64,000 nucleotides of DNA, from the NCBI RefSeq assembly GCF_001194135.2, contig NC_068983.1, positions 120,341,907 to 120,405,906 of the forward strand, written 5' to 3'. Positions 62,801-64,000 of this stretch are shown in pieces. Positions within the stretch are counted from its first letter, which is position 1. Each line of letters begins with the position of its first letter. The notes beneath the pieces were generated by a model. It was not told where the DNA came from and did no database searches. It saw only the letters and a list, made by a program, of their open reading frames with translations. A program made the translations under genes and the position numbers. This stretch comes from Octopus bimaculoides. Lineage: Eukaryota.

Positions 62801-64000
62801 TGACAATGACAACAATTATAATAATATTGAACTTGGAATTTTACTTTTTCAGACAAAGATTAACAACGTTCAGTACTAGAAACACAAATACTATGGTCTG
62901 TTAATTCTATCATTGTATTCCTGAATTTTCAGATAACTTGCAGTTTATTTCAAAGACCATACAACTTGTTACATAATCTGAGACACTAAAAATTATTTAT
63001 CTATTCAGTATTTCTATGAATAAAGTATATTATATCGGTTGATATACTATTAGTTGCAGTGCAAAAATTGTTATTTTTATAATCCTTTTGACTAGAAACA
63101 AATGCTTGACAGCTTAAATGGTTGGGAGAATTAATTTTATTTATGGCACGTTTCAGTTACTGCTTGGTGAATGCACAGTAAAACCAATTTTAAGTTTGAT
63201 CTGTAAGTGAGTAATATATAAGAACATTACTTTTTAATAATATTTGTGTATTACTTTATATATTGATCTAAAATAGATAGAAGTCTAAATGTATCTTTTC
63301 TAATAAAAGCAAATAAATGTAGAGAGTCCCTTAACTCACTGGGCATTAGTGAAGATTTTGTCCTTGTGCATGGTATCTTAGGAAAATAAGTTTACTAATA
63401 CTCATCCCTCTCTAAGCTATATCCATTCACAAAATGAATTGAACTCAGCATTGCAAGCTTTTTACAGTGCTTGCTATATGCATCAGTGGGTTGTTTTTAC
63501 TATGAGCAGCACGTTCTAAAATTTAAGCATCTTGGTTGCAGCCATGTACTGCTGTATCAAAATAGAAAGCACAAAGCTAAAATAAAAACCTGTCCACTTG
63601 GTCAGCCTACAAATAACTTTGCTTTATCTTCTTAATATATAAATCTGAAATTGTGTGTTTGTGTGAAGCCTTTTTGAATGTTTATAGAAATCCACATTTT
63701 CCACTTTTTCGTAAACATTTTTACATCAATGGAATTTTCTCGATCTGAACTTTCCAGTGCAGTAATTTGATTTTTAAAATTCTGTTTACTTTGTGTGATT
63801 TAAGGGAGATTTGGCTGTTGTTTCTAGCAACTTTTATATTTCATCCCTTCTACCTGGAACGCCATTCTTACACACGCGCTCAACATAAAAATATAGAGAG
63901 TAAGAGTAAAAGAGGAAGAGGGAGAGAGAGAGAAAGTGATACATACAACGTCATAGATTAAACTTTCATCTCAGTATTCTTTACCTATTTTTCATAACAT

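Overview
AT-rich, repeat-dense animal genomic DNA with six N gaps. It is most likely an octopus; this is inferred from the SINE families, RTE tails and microsatellite style, not from a database search. Only two intact protein-coding regions are supported: 514-1311 (+) and 53831-54610 (+). They are paralogous, intronless four-transmembrane proteins (about 49% identical by hand count over an ungapped 219-aa core) with tetraspanin topology but no CCG motif. They share an invariant 14-aa small-loop motif in which 11 of 14 codons differ synonymously. A TATA/Inr/GTAAGT unit at 28964-29096 is a candidate non-coding first exon for the second gene. The rest is transposon debris: mariner, Tc1, Chapaev3-like, hAT, Harbinger-like, a SAP/SWIM DNA transposon, Gypsy, RTE, CR1 and three SINE families. 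The second notable theme is at least five sequence-distinct families of minimal hammerhead-ribozyme motifs, mostly in inverted-arm insertions with Penelope-like geometry. One family carries a tRNA-derived Pol III head, giving a SINE-like tRNA + hammerhead element. Many fold-back or inverted structures are also present.
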